Shown piece by piece: positions 27,239-40,881 of a DNA stretch of 64,000 nt; position 1 is the stretch's first letter, and every line of letters begins with the position of its first letter. The translations under genes and the position numbers were made by a program. The stretch lies in assembly GCA_951406725.2 (NCBI GenBank), contig OX597828.1:64356001-64420000 (forward strand), written 5' to 3'. Source of the stretch: Octopus vulgaris. Lineage: Eukaryota. Below the pieces are notes generated by a model. The model was given only the letters and a program-made list of their open reading frames with translations. It had not been told where the DNA came from and made no database searches.

Positions 27239-27305
<67 letters not shown>

Positions 27306-27822
27306 CATTATTATTACTATTATTATTATTATTGAGTATAGTCGCCTAAGAGAGGAGAGGAATGGAGGAAGGGGCATGTTTTTTTAGGGCAGTAGATAGG
27401 GGCCGTTTCTGTAATTTCTCAAAGTTGACCAACCCAAACTGACAGTAGGTGAAAAAAGGTGTCTAGTTTCAAATTCTACCTGCATCCCTCAGTCAAAACA
27501 CGTCCGCTATTTAATTTAATTTTTATTTATTTATATATTTATATTTCTACACGCAATTTTGCATGTTTATTTAATCGTGTGACTGTGTGTGCATGCGTGC
27601 GTAAGTGGGTGTGTGTGAGTGTGTGTGAGTGTGTGTTTGTACTTTTATTTTTATACATCTTATATATTTGTTAATTCCGTTATTTCTTATAATTTAATTC
27701 TATCAATATTAATTGTCGTAAATCACGTTACGTTTCAGCAAAATTTAAGTTGCTCCCTCATCGCTACCCGGCAAAATAACAAACAACAAAGCAACAGCAA
27801 TAACAACAACAACAACAATAAC

Positions 27823-27859
<37 letters not shown>

Positions 27860-27934
27860 GTAATCCCTTAACTGTAATACCATCCACCCGCCCACTCCTT
27901 CCACCATTGCCTTAAATACACACACACAGCAAAT

Positions 27935-27979
<45 letters not shown>

Positions 27980-28486
27980 GTTTTATACCAATAATTGATC
28001 CACTATTTTTAAATACATTCTGTCGGCCACATTATCATCCAGCGCCCTCTACCGTCCGTAACGCAACTCATTGACAAAGAAAAAATATATATTATAAAAA
28101 AAAAAAGGAAATGAAAATCACAGCCATCACCTTTCACATCCACTGCAACTAGTCAGTAACTCTAAGTACTACAGACGCACACACACGCGTGTGTGTGTGT
28201 ATGTGTAAAGAGACAGAGAGAGAGGCGGGAGGGGCATGGTTGTGATGGTAAGAAGCTGGTTTTGCAATCATATAATTTTGGGTTCAGTCCCACTGTATGG
28301 CATCTTGAGCCATACAGTATCTTCTACTACAGTCTCAGGCCGACCATGGCCTTGTGAGTAAATTTGGATGATGGAATGTGTGCGGAAGCTTGTGGTAAAC
28401 ACACACGCACACACGCATGGAGAGAAAGAGAAAGAGAGAGAGAGGGGGAATCGACGAACTTCCACTTTCAATAATCATCCCTTCCA

Positions 28487-28745
28487 GGGCGGCGAGCTGG
28501 CAGAATCGTTAGCACGCATGGCGAAATACGTAGCGGTATTTCGTCTGCGGTTACGTTCTGGGTTTAAATTCCGCCGAGGTCAACTTTGCCTTTCATCCTT
28601 TCGGGGTCGATAAATTAAGGACCAGTTACGCACTGGGGTCGATATAATCGACTTAATCCGTTTGTCTGTCCTTGTTTGTCCTCTCTGTGTTTAGCCCCTT
28701 GTGAGTAGTAAAGAAACAGGTATTTTTCTGTCTTTGTTTTCTGAG
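28487..28745 (+). mobile_element. tRNA-headed SINE, family A
   Basis: GGCGGCGAGCTGGCAGAATCGTTAGCACG head and the shared family A body. Confidence 0.85.
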
Positions 28746-28754
28746 TTCATCCAC

Positions 28755-29740
28755 TTATACTGAAGATGCTTGAAACTAAACTAAATGGAGATCATGTTAT
28801 CAAAGCAATAAATACATGACTCATGCTAGTATCAAGGTACTCTGACCCCTTTTTCTAAAATGGACAAAGACAAAGCTCCAGAAATTAGATAGAAGAACTA
28901 GGAAGCTGCTCACAAGACACAGCGCGCACCATCCTAAAAGTAATATCGACATGTTTTACTTACTTAGGAGAAAGAAACAGCAGCTTTCTTTCTAATACAG
29001 AATCATTATTGATGCTGCGATTTTAGTTTCGCGGTACTATGTTGTACTTAGTCAGAAAATGCTAGAAATATTGAAGAGGTCAGGGAAACTGTCAGAGGTT
29101 TCGAGAATAGAAAAAAAAACAGGAGGATGGCTAATTGGAAAGCGAAGGAAGGACATGGTCAATTTATGCTACAAACCAAATGAATTGTAAGTGAAGAATA
29201 ATAATCGTGGCCGAGAGATGGAAACTGGAGTTAAATAATGACAAAGATTGATAAGACATAGCCACACAGCAAAGGCAGATTGTGTGGGAAAGGGGACGAA
29301 ACTGTTAACCACCTTCTAAGCGAGTGCAGTAAACTAGCTCAAAAAGATTATAAACGCAGAGACGACTGTGTTGATAAAAGAATGCATGAGGATGTTCGTC
29401 AGGTTGGTGCATTTGATAGAAAGCTGGTACGATAGAAATCCAGAGGCTGTGACAGAGAATAAGAATTACAGAATGTTGTGAGATTTCACCATGGAGACCA
29501 TTCATACTGTTGAAGCAAGAAGGCCAGACTATAGATTTTCAATCTCATAGGATAATAGAGATGATACCAAACAGGAGAACACAAAAAATGATAATTATTC
29601 CGGTGGTAGTTGGTGCACAACACCCAAACGGCCCCTCAGATGCTAAAGGATATTGGAATTGAAACTTGCATTGTCAACCTGTAGAGAACAACATCCTGTA
29701 TTCTGCAAGAATTCTAAAAATGATTCTTGAGATTTGAGGG
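28755..29740 (+). mobile_element. Degenerate 3' part of an R4/Dong-clade (RLE-type) non-LTR retrotransposon
   Basis: Conceptual peptides KLNGDHVIKAINT, WTKTKLQKLDRRTRKLLTRHSAHHPKSNID, RLCGKGDETVNHLLSECSKLAQKDYKRR; many stops and frameshifts. Confidence 0.8.
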
Positions 29741-30170
29741 TAGTTATTGTTACAAAATTTCAGGTTAACATCCTTGCTAATTAATTTATAATAACTTTTG
29801 TATAATAATAATAACGCTGCTGCTGCTGCTGCTGATGATGATGATGATAATCACTCCCGTCGATTTCAAAGTTTGAGTGTTTGTAGGAAAGGAAAAAACC
29901 TTTAAGGGCATTAAAAAAGAAGTTGAATCTATTTGCGATGAATGCGTGAATGTAATTTGAGTCCAGGAATAGATTTTGCTATGATGTTGCAATGGCGCGA
30001 CATTGATGAGTTTGATTTTACCTGAGATTAGCAAATGTGTCAGTTGAAAACACGATAAAGTTTAGACGTATCATGACACATGTTTACGTCACTCAGATCG
30101 ATCTCGGCAATAACTTTCCCAAGATGCTACGTTAAACTGTAGGGACTTTAGTGATCGTTTCAACTGACCC

Positions 30171-30460
30171 TTATACTTCAGCAGGGGTCGTCCTACACTG
30201 CAGGATCCCTGTACGAAAGAATTTTCGTAATGCGATCATCTTGAACAACATGTCCAGCCTACTTTCCACTGAGTTTTCAACAGCATAACTGGAAATATCA
30301 GATTTTTGGAAGATTTTCACATTTGATATCTGATCTTGCCATTTTATGATGTAGACATTGTGCAGACACCACATGGGAACGGTTCCAAGTTTCCTTATTT
30401 GTCTGTTGTAGGGATTCCATGCTTCTGCTCCGTACAGAAATGTGCTCAAAATACAAAATT
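30171..30460 (-). mobile_element. Degenerate RTE-clade LINE fragment
   Basis: STFLYGAEAWNPY...IKWQDQISN, homologous to the peptide at 47083-47428. Confidence 0.75.
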
Positions 30461-30475
30461 TGCATACACTTATTT

Positions 30476-30528
<53 letters not shown>

Positions 30529-30559
30529 ATAATAATAATAATAATAATAATAATTATAA

Positions 30560-31330
30560 TGGAAGTTTCAGAGAATTAAGATGCAGACACGCTGAAGCAA
30601 CCTGAAAATTCTGGGCAGAAATCTTGAGCAAAGAAGTCTCACATAATATCCTTTCTACTCTAGGCACAAGGGTCGAAATTTTGGGGGATGAGGCTAGTCG
30701 ATTACATCGACCCCAGTACGCAACTGGTACTTAATTTATCAACCCCGAAAAGATGAAAAGCAAAGTCGACCTCGGTGGAATTTGAACTCAGATCGTAAAG
30801 GCAGACGAAATAGCGGTAAGCATTTCGCCCGGCGTTCAAACGTTTCTGCCAGCTCGACGCCTTAAAGAAGTCTAACATAACATAAAAGCAGACTGATCTT
30901 GGGAATTTAAAAGAGAAATGGAATTAAAGAAGGAAACATAACAATTGCAGATAAGAAAATGTCAAAGATGATCGAGAATATAACAAACTGGAGAGCCACC
31001 GGGCCTGATGGTGTTCTGAGTTCAAATTCCACCCAGGTCGACTTTGCCTCTCATCCTTTCGGGGTCGATAAATTAAGTACCAGTTGCGTACTGGGGTCGA
31101 CCTAATTTCGGGCCTTGTGCCTAGAGTAGGAAAGAATATTGGGAGTTGAAACATTATGTTGTGCTGAGTGAAGAAAGAATACGGTCGGTGTGCAAGAGAT
31201 GTCCAAAAAGGAACTGTAATAGGGATAGTTCAAGAATAGAAGAAAGATTCAAGAGAACAAACTGACAGAAAGAAGTGGAATATACAGGACCAATTCATGT
31301 AACAGAACGAGAGAAAGTTGGTGATGTCGG
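30560..31330 (+). mobile_element. Second R4/Dong-like LINE remnant, interrupted by SINEs
   Basis: KFWAEILSKEVSHN and NWRATGPDG pre-RT motifs; starts right after (TAA)n. Confidence 0.55.
30647..30863 (-). mobile_element. Family A SINE with a 17-bp target-site duplication
   Basis: AAAGAAGTCT(C/A)ACATAA at 30630-30646 and 30864-30880. Confidence 0.88.
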
Positions 31331-32052
31331 GTCCGAGATTCTCTCTCAAGTGATTTACTCTCAGAAATCAGTAATTGTTTTTTTTCTCATTTAGACGTAA
31401 GGGTACCAATTTTGAAGGCAGGGTTTAGTTGATACAATCGACCCCAGTACGTGACTGGTACTTTATTTTATCGGCCCTGAAATGATGAAAAGCATTGCTT
31501 CAAATATTGGATGAAACCCAACGATTTCACAGCAATCGATATCATTCACTCCCCACCCCCACTTGACTATTATAATTAATTTATCCCAATCGAAAGACAA
31601 GTTGACCTCGATGGGATTTGAACTCAGAAAGTAAAGAACCGGAACAAATACCTGGGAACAACTTCTTCCCGATGCTCTAACGATTCTGTGGACCCGTATA
31701 AGTCCTATGCTTCACTTTCTACTCATAGCCACACGATACAATAATGAGGTTTTCAAGTAGTCCCTCCCCCCACACTTATTAGGTCCTGGCCCTCACTTAC
31801 CACTTCCTATCAAATAAATAAAACCTATTAAACTATATTTCATTAATGTCTGTTCATTTAGTTTTCTATTTCTCACAGTTTGTCAAGTGATTTATTATGA
31901 TAATGTGGTTTTCATATGTAATTAACATAATTTATTATGTAACTGTCGATGAGGAACTTTTTTTTTATTACTGTCGACATTGCAAAAGAACGTTTAGAGT
32001 TTGTAACGATTCATTGCTCCTTCAACCAGCCTCGCTCACTGCTCGAAATCCT

Positions 32053-32091
<39 letters not shown>

Positions 32092-32394
32092 ATACATCCA
32101 TACGTCCATACACACACATATATATATACATACATATATGCATTCATATACATATGCATATATATATATATTTATGCATATATTTAATTACGTATATATA
32201 CATGCATGTATGTATATATGTACACACAAGCATATATGTATATTGAGGAGAGAGAGAGCGGACGAAAGAGATGTATACGCATATATAAGTGTATATGTGT
32301 CTAATTATATATATATGGACATGTCTCTCTCTCTCTCTATATATATATATATGTATGTATATATACATTCATATATATATACATTTATATGTAT

Positions 32395-32477
<83 letters not shown>

Positions 32478-32776
32478 CACGTATGTATCAACATGTATAC
32501 ATATGTATGTATGTAAGTCATATACTTGTGGATATATAAAAATATAACTTAACCTATAAGGGTCATCATGCAATTTGGGAAAACAGAAGCAGTGGGGCGG
32601 GAAGAAATAGCCCCTAAAAGGGAAAGGATACCCTCATCAGTACAAGACAAAAAAAATGCAAAGCAAGGACAAAAATCTCTTGTCTCCGATTAAGAAATAT
32701 TCACTTAGCTGCGAGATTATCAGAAAAAAAGTAAACAAGGAACAACACCAACAATGACAACAACAACAACAACAAC

Positions 32777-32818
<42 letters not shown>

Positions 32819-33798
32819 GATAAAATCAATTGGAATGTACTTGAGGGTAAAAGATGAATATTTATTTAAGTGTCTGTGTACTTTCTTCACTGCACTGGCT
32901 AGTGTAGAAGCGTGTGTACGTGTATGTATGTTGGTGTTGGTGAGTGTATAGGTGTGTGTATGTTACATGAGTGCGTTTGTGTGTCGATGTATCTGCAAAT
33001 ATGTTGTAGCACCCGCATGTTAACAAAGACGAGAGAGAGAGAGGGAGAGAGAGAGAAAGAGGGAGAGAGAAAGGAGGAGAGAGAAAGAGAAGGGGGTAGG
33101 TGGAGAAAATGAGCGAAATAAAGAAAATTTTCCTTAAATCTGAGTAAGAATAAGAATGGCTGTGATAATGATAAGGTCAATTAAAAGAATTAACGAAGAA
33201 GGGAAAATAGGAAACGGATAAAAGTCTTAAGCTAAATTAAATCGCTTTTCCGCTACTTTACTCACTCTCACTTTAAAGCGCAAAACAAAGAACATTCGGT
33301 GCATTAATTAAGAACTCACCGAAAGATTCTTTGTCAGTGTGTGTAATGGTGGTGGTGGTGGTGGTGGGGGTTTTGTTCATTCGTAACCCTCAGCACGATA
33401 AAAAAAAAATCTTCAGAAGATGCTTGCAAGACATTGCGGTCCTATGTGTATACCTTGTTCAAGTATCATTAATATTCTCAAGGATGTATGGGAGTTGAGG
33501 TAAGGTTGTGTAAGAACCCGGGTCTTATAAGCTTTGACGATTGCATGGAGAACGGGCGGAGGTGAAGAGGAACTTACAGGCTGTGACATTGCGCTGAAAT
33601 TTATTAAAAAAAATAAAGAAAATATCAGAGTTGATCACCGAAAAAAAGATCGAAACGTATAGTAAATTGCCATTTGTCTTAACAAAATATGTTATAATAA
33701 TATTCTTGATATATCATCGTCTGCTGCTGAAAAATGTATTTCTTTATCTTCTGTTGAAAGATGTTGCATTGACTGTTGTGATTTTGCATTTAAACTGT

Positions 33799-33866
<68 letters not shown>

Positions 33867-33995
33867 AAAGAAAGAAAGAAGGTAAGAATGAGAGAAAGAA
33901 AACGATTGAGCTAAAACGTCTCCTGGTCCATCTGGTTCTTGGGTATTTTTCGTGAAGTCCATATTGTAAAATATGCAGACGAATTCTTCAGTCTG

Positions 33996-34091
33996 AGGAT
34001 AACCTCTACTCTCTTCCTCACTTCTCTGATGAGAAGAAAGCAAGGATAACCTCTACTCTCTTCCTCACTTCTCTGATGGGAAGAAAGCAAG
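33996..34091. repeat. 47-bp tandem duplication
   Basis: AGGATAACCTCTACTCTCTTCCTCACTTCTCTGATG(A/G)GAAGAAAGCA at 33996 and 34043. Confidence 0.93.
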
Positions 34092-34799
34092 AAATAAAAA
34101 CAGTCAAGGGCCTTGTTAGGGTCCAAAGGCACCCAAAAAGGGTCATGGGTGCCGTCCGGTCTCTCCTGACTAGGATTCTAAAAAATATTATTCTAACATT
34201 ATGTTGAAGAGGAATGACGCCGACTTCATTGCTGACTCAGTTAAAAGGTGTGTTATTCTATTAATCATTAAAGCAGTCAGTTGACAGAACTGTTAGCATA
34301 TCGGATAAAATGCTTCGTGGCATCTTTGTGTTCTGAGTTCAAATCATATCGAGGACAACTTTGTCTTTTATTCGTTTCGGAGTCGATAAAATTAAACACC
34401 AGTAAAGCACTGGGATCGATGGAATCGGCTTCCCCCACCCCTCAAAATTGCTAGCCTTGTGCCAAAAATTAAAAAGAATTATTCCGTTTGTTATTGGTAC
34501 CACTGGCAACACAACCACCCCTGTGCATCCAGGGACGTTGAAATATTAACTCTAAGGATAGACATAAGAATGTTGTATAAAATATCAGCCACATCAGAGT
34601 CTGTGAATGTTGTTAAGGAGGAATTAAATGTTACGTAAGGAATGTGTCCGTTTTTTAGCATACATATTTTGAATCGGTGCCACGGCAGTAGAACAGAGCC
34701 AGTTATGTAAAGATGTTGAAAGGTTAACTACAAGAACAGACACGCGTGCCTTCCTGAAATATAGCAGCAAGTGTTGAGTCTGTTGATGTTAGTTATGAA

Positions 34800-35480
34800 A
34801 TTAGATGATGCAATGTAAGTAATGAATCCCTGGTGTCAATGTTTAAGTGCTTCCACGTGTAGGAAATCACGATAAATGGATATGATTCGTTAAGAACTTT
34901 GAGAGAACTTACATCAAGTAAGGGATGGAAATCATGAGAAATGTCATGGGTCCCATCTCAAGAGACATCACTGTAGAAAGAAAGTAGAGATAGTAGTGCA
35001 GTTCAGATATCTGAAAGTAGTTTATTTGTGATGAGGGGTCTAGGCCCGAAATCTACGTAAGAAACGCACCGACAGCGTTAACGCTATGGGAAGATAGGAA
35101 ACATCACCACGAAGAATAAGATCAGATTCCTACGTACAATGGTATTTCACATCTTTCTGTAAAATATGTTAGAAATGGACTGAACTGGGGTTCGAACGAA
35201 GATACAGAGATTGGAAATGCGATGCTGTTACAACATGTTAGTCGTTTCATGCATGGAACACATCACGAATGAGGCGGGTCGGGGAAACCGTTCCACATCA
35301 GAATGGTTTACGCGATGATGTCACATATGGTGAAGAAAAATATGATATGGCTGTCGAAGAAAAGCCAATGGGATTGCAAAACTGTTGTATGATGGTGCCC
35401 CAATGAATCCATCGAAAGTTGAAGGAGGGGCCGAAGATAACACGAAGCAAACGTCTCATGAAACAAGATCACATGAGGCA
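34800..35480 (+). mobile_element. Highly degenerate RTE-like LINE 3' region
   Basis: LEMRCCYNMLVVSCMEHITNEA resembles the post-RT EMRC.RR.L.ISW..HITNEE motif; boundaries are approximate. Confidence 0.45.
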
Positions 35481-36213
35481 AATGTTACCCAAGATAACAT
35501 GAAGCAAAGGTTTTCTAACTCGACCTCCAAAAAGTAGCAGCTAAATCACCCTCTACAGTCTTAGAAAAGAGTACATTGGATAATATGGTCCTGAGTCTCG
35601 TACACATAAGTGAATAAAATGAGATGGTCACGGCTGGAATGACCATAGCTGACTTCGGGTTAAAAAACAGCGATAACAAAGACACACTGGACAGCGGGTA
35701 GGCCATGGTTGGGATGCATTCGATCTGACAGGAGTAACCTAAGATTAATTACTACCACAATCATCATCATCATCATCATCATCAGTATTAGCGTCATCGC
35801 TCTTGTCGATGTCGTCGTCGTTACCCTCATCATCATCATCATGTCACCGTCGTCGCAGTCATTATCATCATCATCATCATCATACAAAGAACTTACCATC
35901 TATCCATCCACCTACCCCACCAACCGACTAACCGACCAGCCGCAGACCCCTTCTTGTCCCCTTTCTCTCTCTCTCTGTCATCACAAGCAACACCTGTCAG
36001 CATCCCACAACTCGCTACGATGACGGGGCGGAGATGAAGAAGGAGGAGGAGTAGGCAGAGGAGGAGGAAAGGGATGTTAGAAATAAAGACCTATTCTCCC
36101 ACCTCCTTAATTCATCTACCTCTAACTACCACTCTCACCTAATTACTCCTTTCTCGCTGTTGTAGCGGTGGCGGCGACGGCGACGGCGGGTTGTAATCGT
36201 TTCTTTGTCGTTT

Positions 36214-36261
<48 letters not shown>

Positions 36262-37222
36262 TACATGTACGTGTATGTATATATATATGTATGTGTGTGT
36301 GTATTTATGCACTTTAGTTTGTTTTAGCCATCAGCACTACGTCCATGCTGGAGCATCCCACTTTCTGATTTCAATGTTCTCGCCTATGTGTCGCCAGAAT
36401 ATAGAAGTCACGGGTTCACTTTCACCGGATTTCTCTTTGTGTGTGTATGTGTGTGTATGTGTGTGTGTGTGTGTGGTGTGTGTGGTGTGTGTGTGATTGC
36501 GTGTGTGTGTATTTTTGTTTGTGTGTATATGTTCGCGTTTCTATGTGTATGTGTATAGTTTAGTTCGTATTCCCATGTGCATGTGTGTGTATTTTTGTTC
36601 CTTTGTTTATGTGTGTGTGTGTTTGTGTGTGTGAGAGTGTTTTTATGTTTTTATGTTTTATGTGTCATTATTTTAGTTTGTCTGTGTGTGTATGTGTGTG
36701 TGTGTGTGCGTGTGTTTGTGTGTGTGCGTGTGCGTGCGTGTGTATGTGAGTGTGTGCGTGTTTTATCTTATGGCTTACATGTTGAAAGCCCCTATGACAA
36801 GTCGAACCTGGATGTACGGGCTTCAGTGATTTGGGGAAGAGGGGTGTGGTTATGGCGATGGCGGTGGTGGTGGTGGCGATTGAAGCCGTGACCTTGATGC
36901 TAGAGGTGGCTATGTTGGTGTTGTTGCTGCTTTTATTGTTGGTAGTGGTGGTGGAGGATGCGAAGATGTTGGCAGCAACGGTAGAGTTGGACAAAGTTTT
37001 ATAGAGGCAGACCTAAAACTTATGACGACGAGCGATCATGGATCGAATGAAGACCAATCTCGGATATAAGATGACTATCAGAGTGAAAAATTGAATTTAA
37101 AAGAAAGAAGTTTTAAAATTCAACAAAGAAATTATAGTTCTATATTTAAGAGATGAGGAATTATGTACATTATTTACATTATTTACATTCGACGGCTATT
37201 TGTTCTCATCTTGTTTGTTGCT

Positions 37223-37268
37223 AACACAACATTTTGGCTGATATACCCTCCAGCCTTCATCAGGTGTC
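37223..37268 (-). ncRNA. Minimal hammerhead motif (GAAAC decayed to AAAAT)
   Basis: GACAC-CTGATGA-A-GGCTG...CAGCC-AAAAT-GTT-GTGTT. Confidence 0.6.
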
Positions 37269-37452
37269 TTGGGGAAATTTCGAACCTGGGTTCTTATTCC
37301 CAAGGTATTTTTCGGTGTTTTTAATATCATTATTGTTATTATTATTATTATCGTTAGTGTTCAGGTCACTGCTTGGAATTGAACTCGGAATCTTGGGGTT
37401 AGTAGCCCACGCTCTTAACCACTACGCCATATGCCCGTGGGCATATGGCAAC

Positions 37453-37489
<37 letters not shown>

Positions 37490-37535
37490 TCTAAAAAACC
37501 TTAGGAATGAGAACCCAGGTTCGAAATTTCCCCAA

Positions 37536-37581
37536 GACACCTGATGAAGGCTGGAGGGTACATTAGCCGAAGCGTTGTCTT
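37536..37581 (+). ncRNA. Minimal hammerhead motif (GAAAC decayed to GAAGC)
   Basis: GACAC-CTGATGA-A-GGCTG...TAGCC-GAAGC-GTT-GTCTT. Confidence 0.6.
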
Positions 37582-39059
37582 AACAACAAACAAGATGAGG
37601 ATAAATATCCGTCGAATGTAAGTAATGTAAATAATGTAAAGAAATTATAATTCTGTATAAATTAGAGCAACGATACAGCGTATTTGAGTTTTAATTACTC
37701 CTTCCCCCATAATTAATAAGCATTTAATGATGCATTGATGAATAGATTCCTTGATCAGGATTGTCGAAGAAGTGGTGTCTCTAAACTGTCTGTCTCAGTC
37801 GGGAGAAAGTAAAAGAAATTTGATGACGCTGTAAGGAAAGCCGTTGATCCTATCTTTCAGTTGTGGAGGTGCGTGGCTTAGCGGTTAAGGTGTTGGACTC
37901 ATGATCGCAAGATTGTGGCTTCGATTCTTAGACCAGGCAGCACATTGTGTTCTTGAGCAAAATTCTTCATTTCATTCCATTTCACTTCATTTTGCCCCAG
38001 TCCACTCAGCTGCAACGGACCGGCGTCCCGTCCAGGCGGGGGAATATGTACGCTATGAAAGACGGGTAACCTTACGAGTCAGTAAGGTTTGAAAAGGTGA
38101 CTTTACCCAACCGTCAGGCTGGTTGTTGAGATCCATGTTATTCAACCAGTTGATCTGAGGCTAAATCTATGATCATTAAACATTGTTGTAACTATGTATG
38201 TCTATACACACACACACACGCGCGCGTTTATATATATATGTATATGCATATATGTATGTATGTTTAATAGAATATGTATTTAAATGGATCTCCATAGATT
38301 CAACGAGGACTATTCCCATTTTACTATCATTAATCACTTGCTCGTTAAATAATTCCCTAGTCTCAAGATCCTTAGTGCAATTCGCAAACAAGTTAATGTG
38401 ACACAGTGTGTGGCCCCTTGGATTCTCCATACATTTCCTCTGACGACGGAATGAACTTGAAATAACACTGGAAAGAAACGAAACAATTCCTCCGACAACA
38501 TTGTAATATTTTGCTGGTCTGGACGTGCGTGGCCATGCTGTGGCAGGGCATCTTCAGCTGTATGATTGATTCCATCGAGGCGAAGTATTTAAGTTAACAG
38601 CCTCGAGAATGAAAGACAAAGTCGGCCTCGGCAGGGATGAGCTCACAACCAAATTTACAACATAATTGTAGGGATCAACTGTAGGGATCTGATATCGTTT
38701 AATTGTTTCAGTCTTTTGGAAGTGGCGTCGACTGGAGTGAGCCATTTGGTAGGTATTTTAGTTTAGCGACGCAGCTGTGGCCGTTCTTCGCATTGTTTTT
38801 GCTTTTGATCTTATTAAAAAAAAGTTTTCATCATTGAATTTTCCTTCAGAAAAAGACTATTTTCCAAATTGAAATATCGAGTGGAAATCTTAACAAAACT
38901 TATTACCAAAACGCATTGATATGACTTCAAAAAAACAAAAAACAAAAACTTTTGTATACATATTAACATATCTATCTATCTGTCTGTCCGTCCATCCGTC
39001 GGTCTGTCTCTCTCCGCTCTCTCTCTCTCTCGAGTTACATATATATATATATACATATA

Positions 39060-39133
<74 letters not shown>

Positions 39134-39759
39134 CATACATATATATATACATACATATATATATATACATACATATATATATATATATATATGCATGTAT
39201 GTATGTATGTATGTATGTATGTATGTATGTATGTATTCATATATGTTTGGAAAAAAAAAACAGAAGACAAGAGAGAATTATATTGTATTTGAAGACGAGA
39301 GATGAAAAAATCAGCCGGGGGCAAAAGCATGCGATTTCATTCGTCCATTGAGATGTGACGACTGCCATTGATAGCGGATCTAAAATGGGAGGTTATGCTT
39401 GATGTGATACTCATTTTGTGCCCAGCAATACGCAACACCTGGACGAGTCAATACATTTCAATGCTTCTCTTAGTCAATGCCTTTCATTGGTTCAAACACC
39501 GATATGTCTCCGTTTGGCAGCAGATCGATTTTCATTTGTCACCCATTTCAAACGGGTTTCTTTGTCATCAACTCCATGAAAAGAAATGGTTTTTTTTTTA
39601 CCCCTTCTATTCTCAGATTGAAACATTAGAATTTAAAGAAAAATATCTTCCAATTCATAATGAATGGGCTATCAAAAAGATTTTGTTTACAAATTTGAAT
39701 ATGTATCTACATTTATATAAAATTTATACCTCCATATCTATAATAAATTATTAAGAGTG

Positions 39760-39846
<87 letters not shown>

Positions 39847-39868
39847 TTATCATGTATGTATTATATAT

Positions 39869-39921
<53 letters not shown>

Positions 39922-40006
39922 GATATACATATAAGTATATATAAAAATATGTACACTGTCTCTGTATACTTATGTATATATATATATGCATGCATATATA
40001 TATATG

Positions 40007-40062
<56 letters not shown>

Positions 40063-40281
40063 AATACATATGTGCATTAAAACATACGGCGTAAGTATTA
40101 CCATAAATGAGTTTATAGGACCTTCCATACTTTTAAACTTAGCTACATCCATACATCCAATTTTATATACGAATACATCTATACTTCCATATAAACGATA
40201 TAATTCCAATATACATACATATATATGTATATATATGTGTATATATATATGTATATATGTATATATGTATATATATATATG

Positions 40282-40331
<50 letters not shown>

Positions 40332-40355
40332 CACACGCAGATATATATATATATG

Positions 40356-40396
<41 letters not shown>

Positions 40397-40756
40397 CATA
40401 CATACTACTTTTACCTCCTTACTTCTACACGTCTATGACTTCCATACCGCCATATATTAATACGTCTATGCTCCCATATATACGTCTGTGCTTCCATAGA
40501 AAGCCAGTTGCATTTGTGCATCCATAACGTTTAAAACACAGAAGATCTTTACATTGCAAAAAATAAAATGTTCTCGAACTAAATATATAGAAAATGGAAA
40601 AATTAAATAAAAGTGAAAAGGAAAAAAAACGTAAAAATAAAGAGCAAAGAAATGTAAAAATTCAATAAAATAAACAAATTTAAAAAAAAAATAGAAACAA
40701 TATTTGAAATGTAGAACAACAAAGAAGCAAACGCGAAGAAAAAGAGAGAGAATGAG

Positions 40757-40820
40757 AGAAGAAGAAAGAGGAGGAGGAGAAGAAAAAGGAGAAGAAGAAG
40801 AAGAAGAAGAAGAAGAAGAA

Positions 40821-40881
<61 letters not shown>

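Larger units (their letters stand above)
37146..37637 (-). mobile_element. tRNA-headed, hammerhead-containing SINE inserted as a head-to-head inverted pair
   Basis: Minus unit 37436 to about 37146 with A box (37419-37429), B box (37375-37386), (AAT)n, HHR and tail; plus unit 37439-37637 lacks most of the tRNA region and the tail; 21-bp flanking direct repeat. Confidence 0.82.

Noticed and set aside
38176-38485. Minus-strand acceptor TTTCGTTTCTTTCCAG with an 84-aa ORF
   Set aside because: No convincing donor and no recognisable protein.
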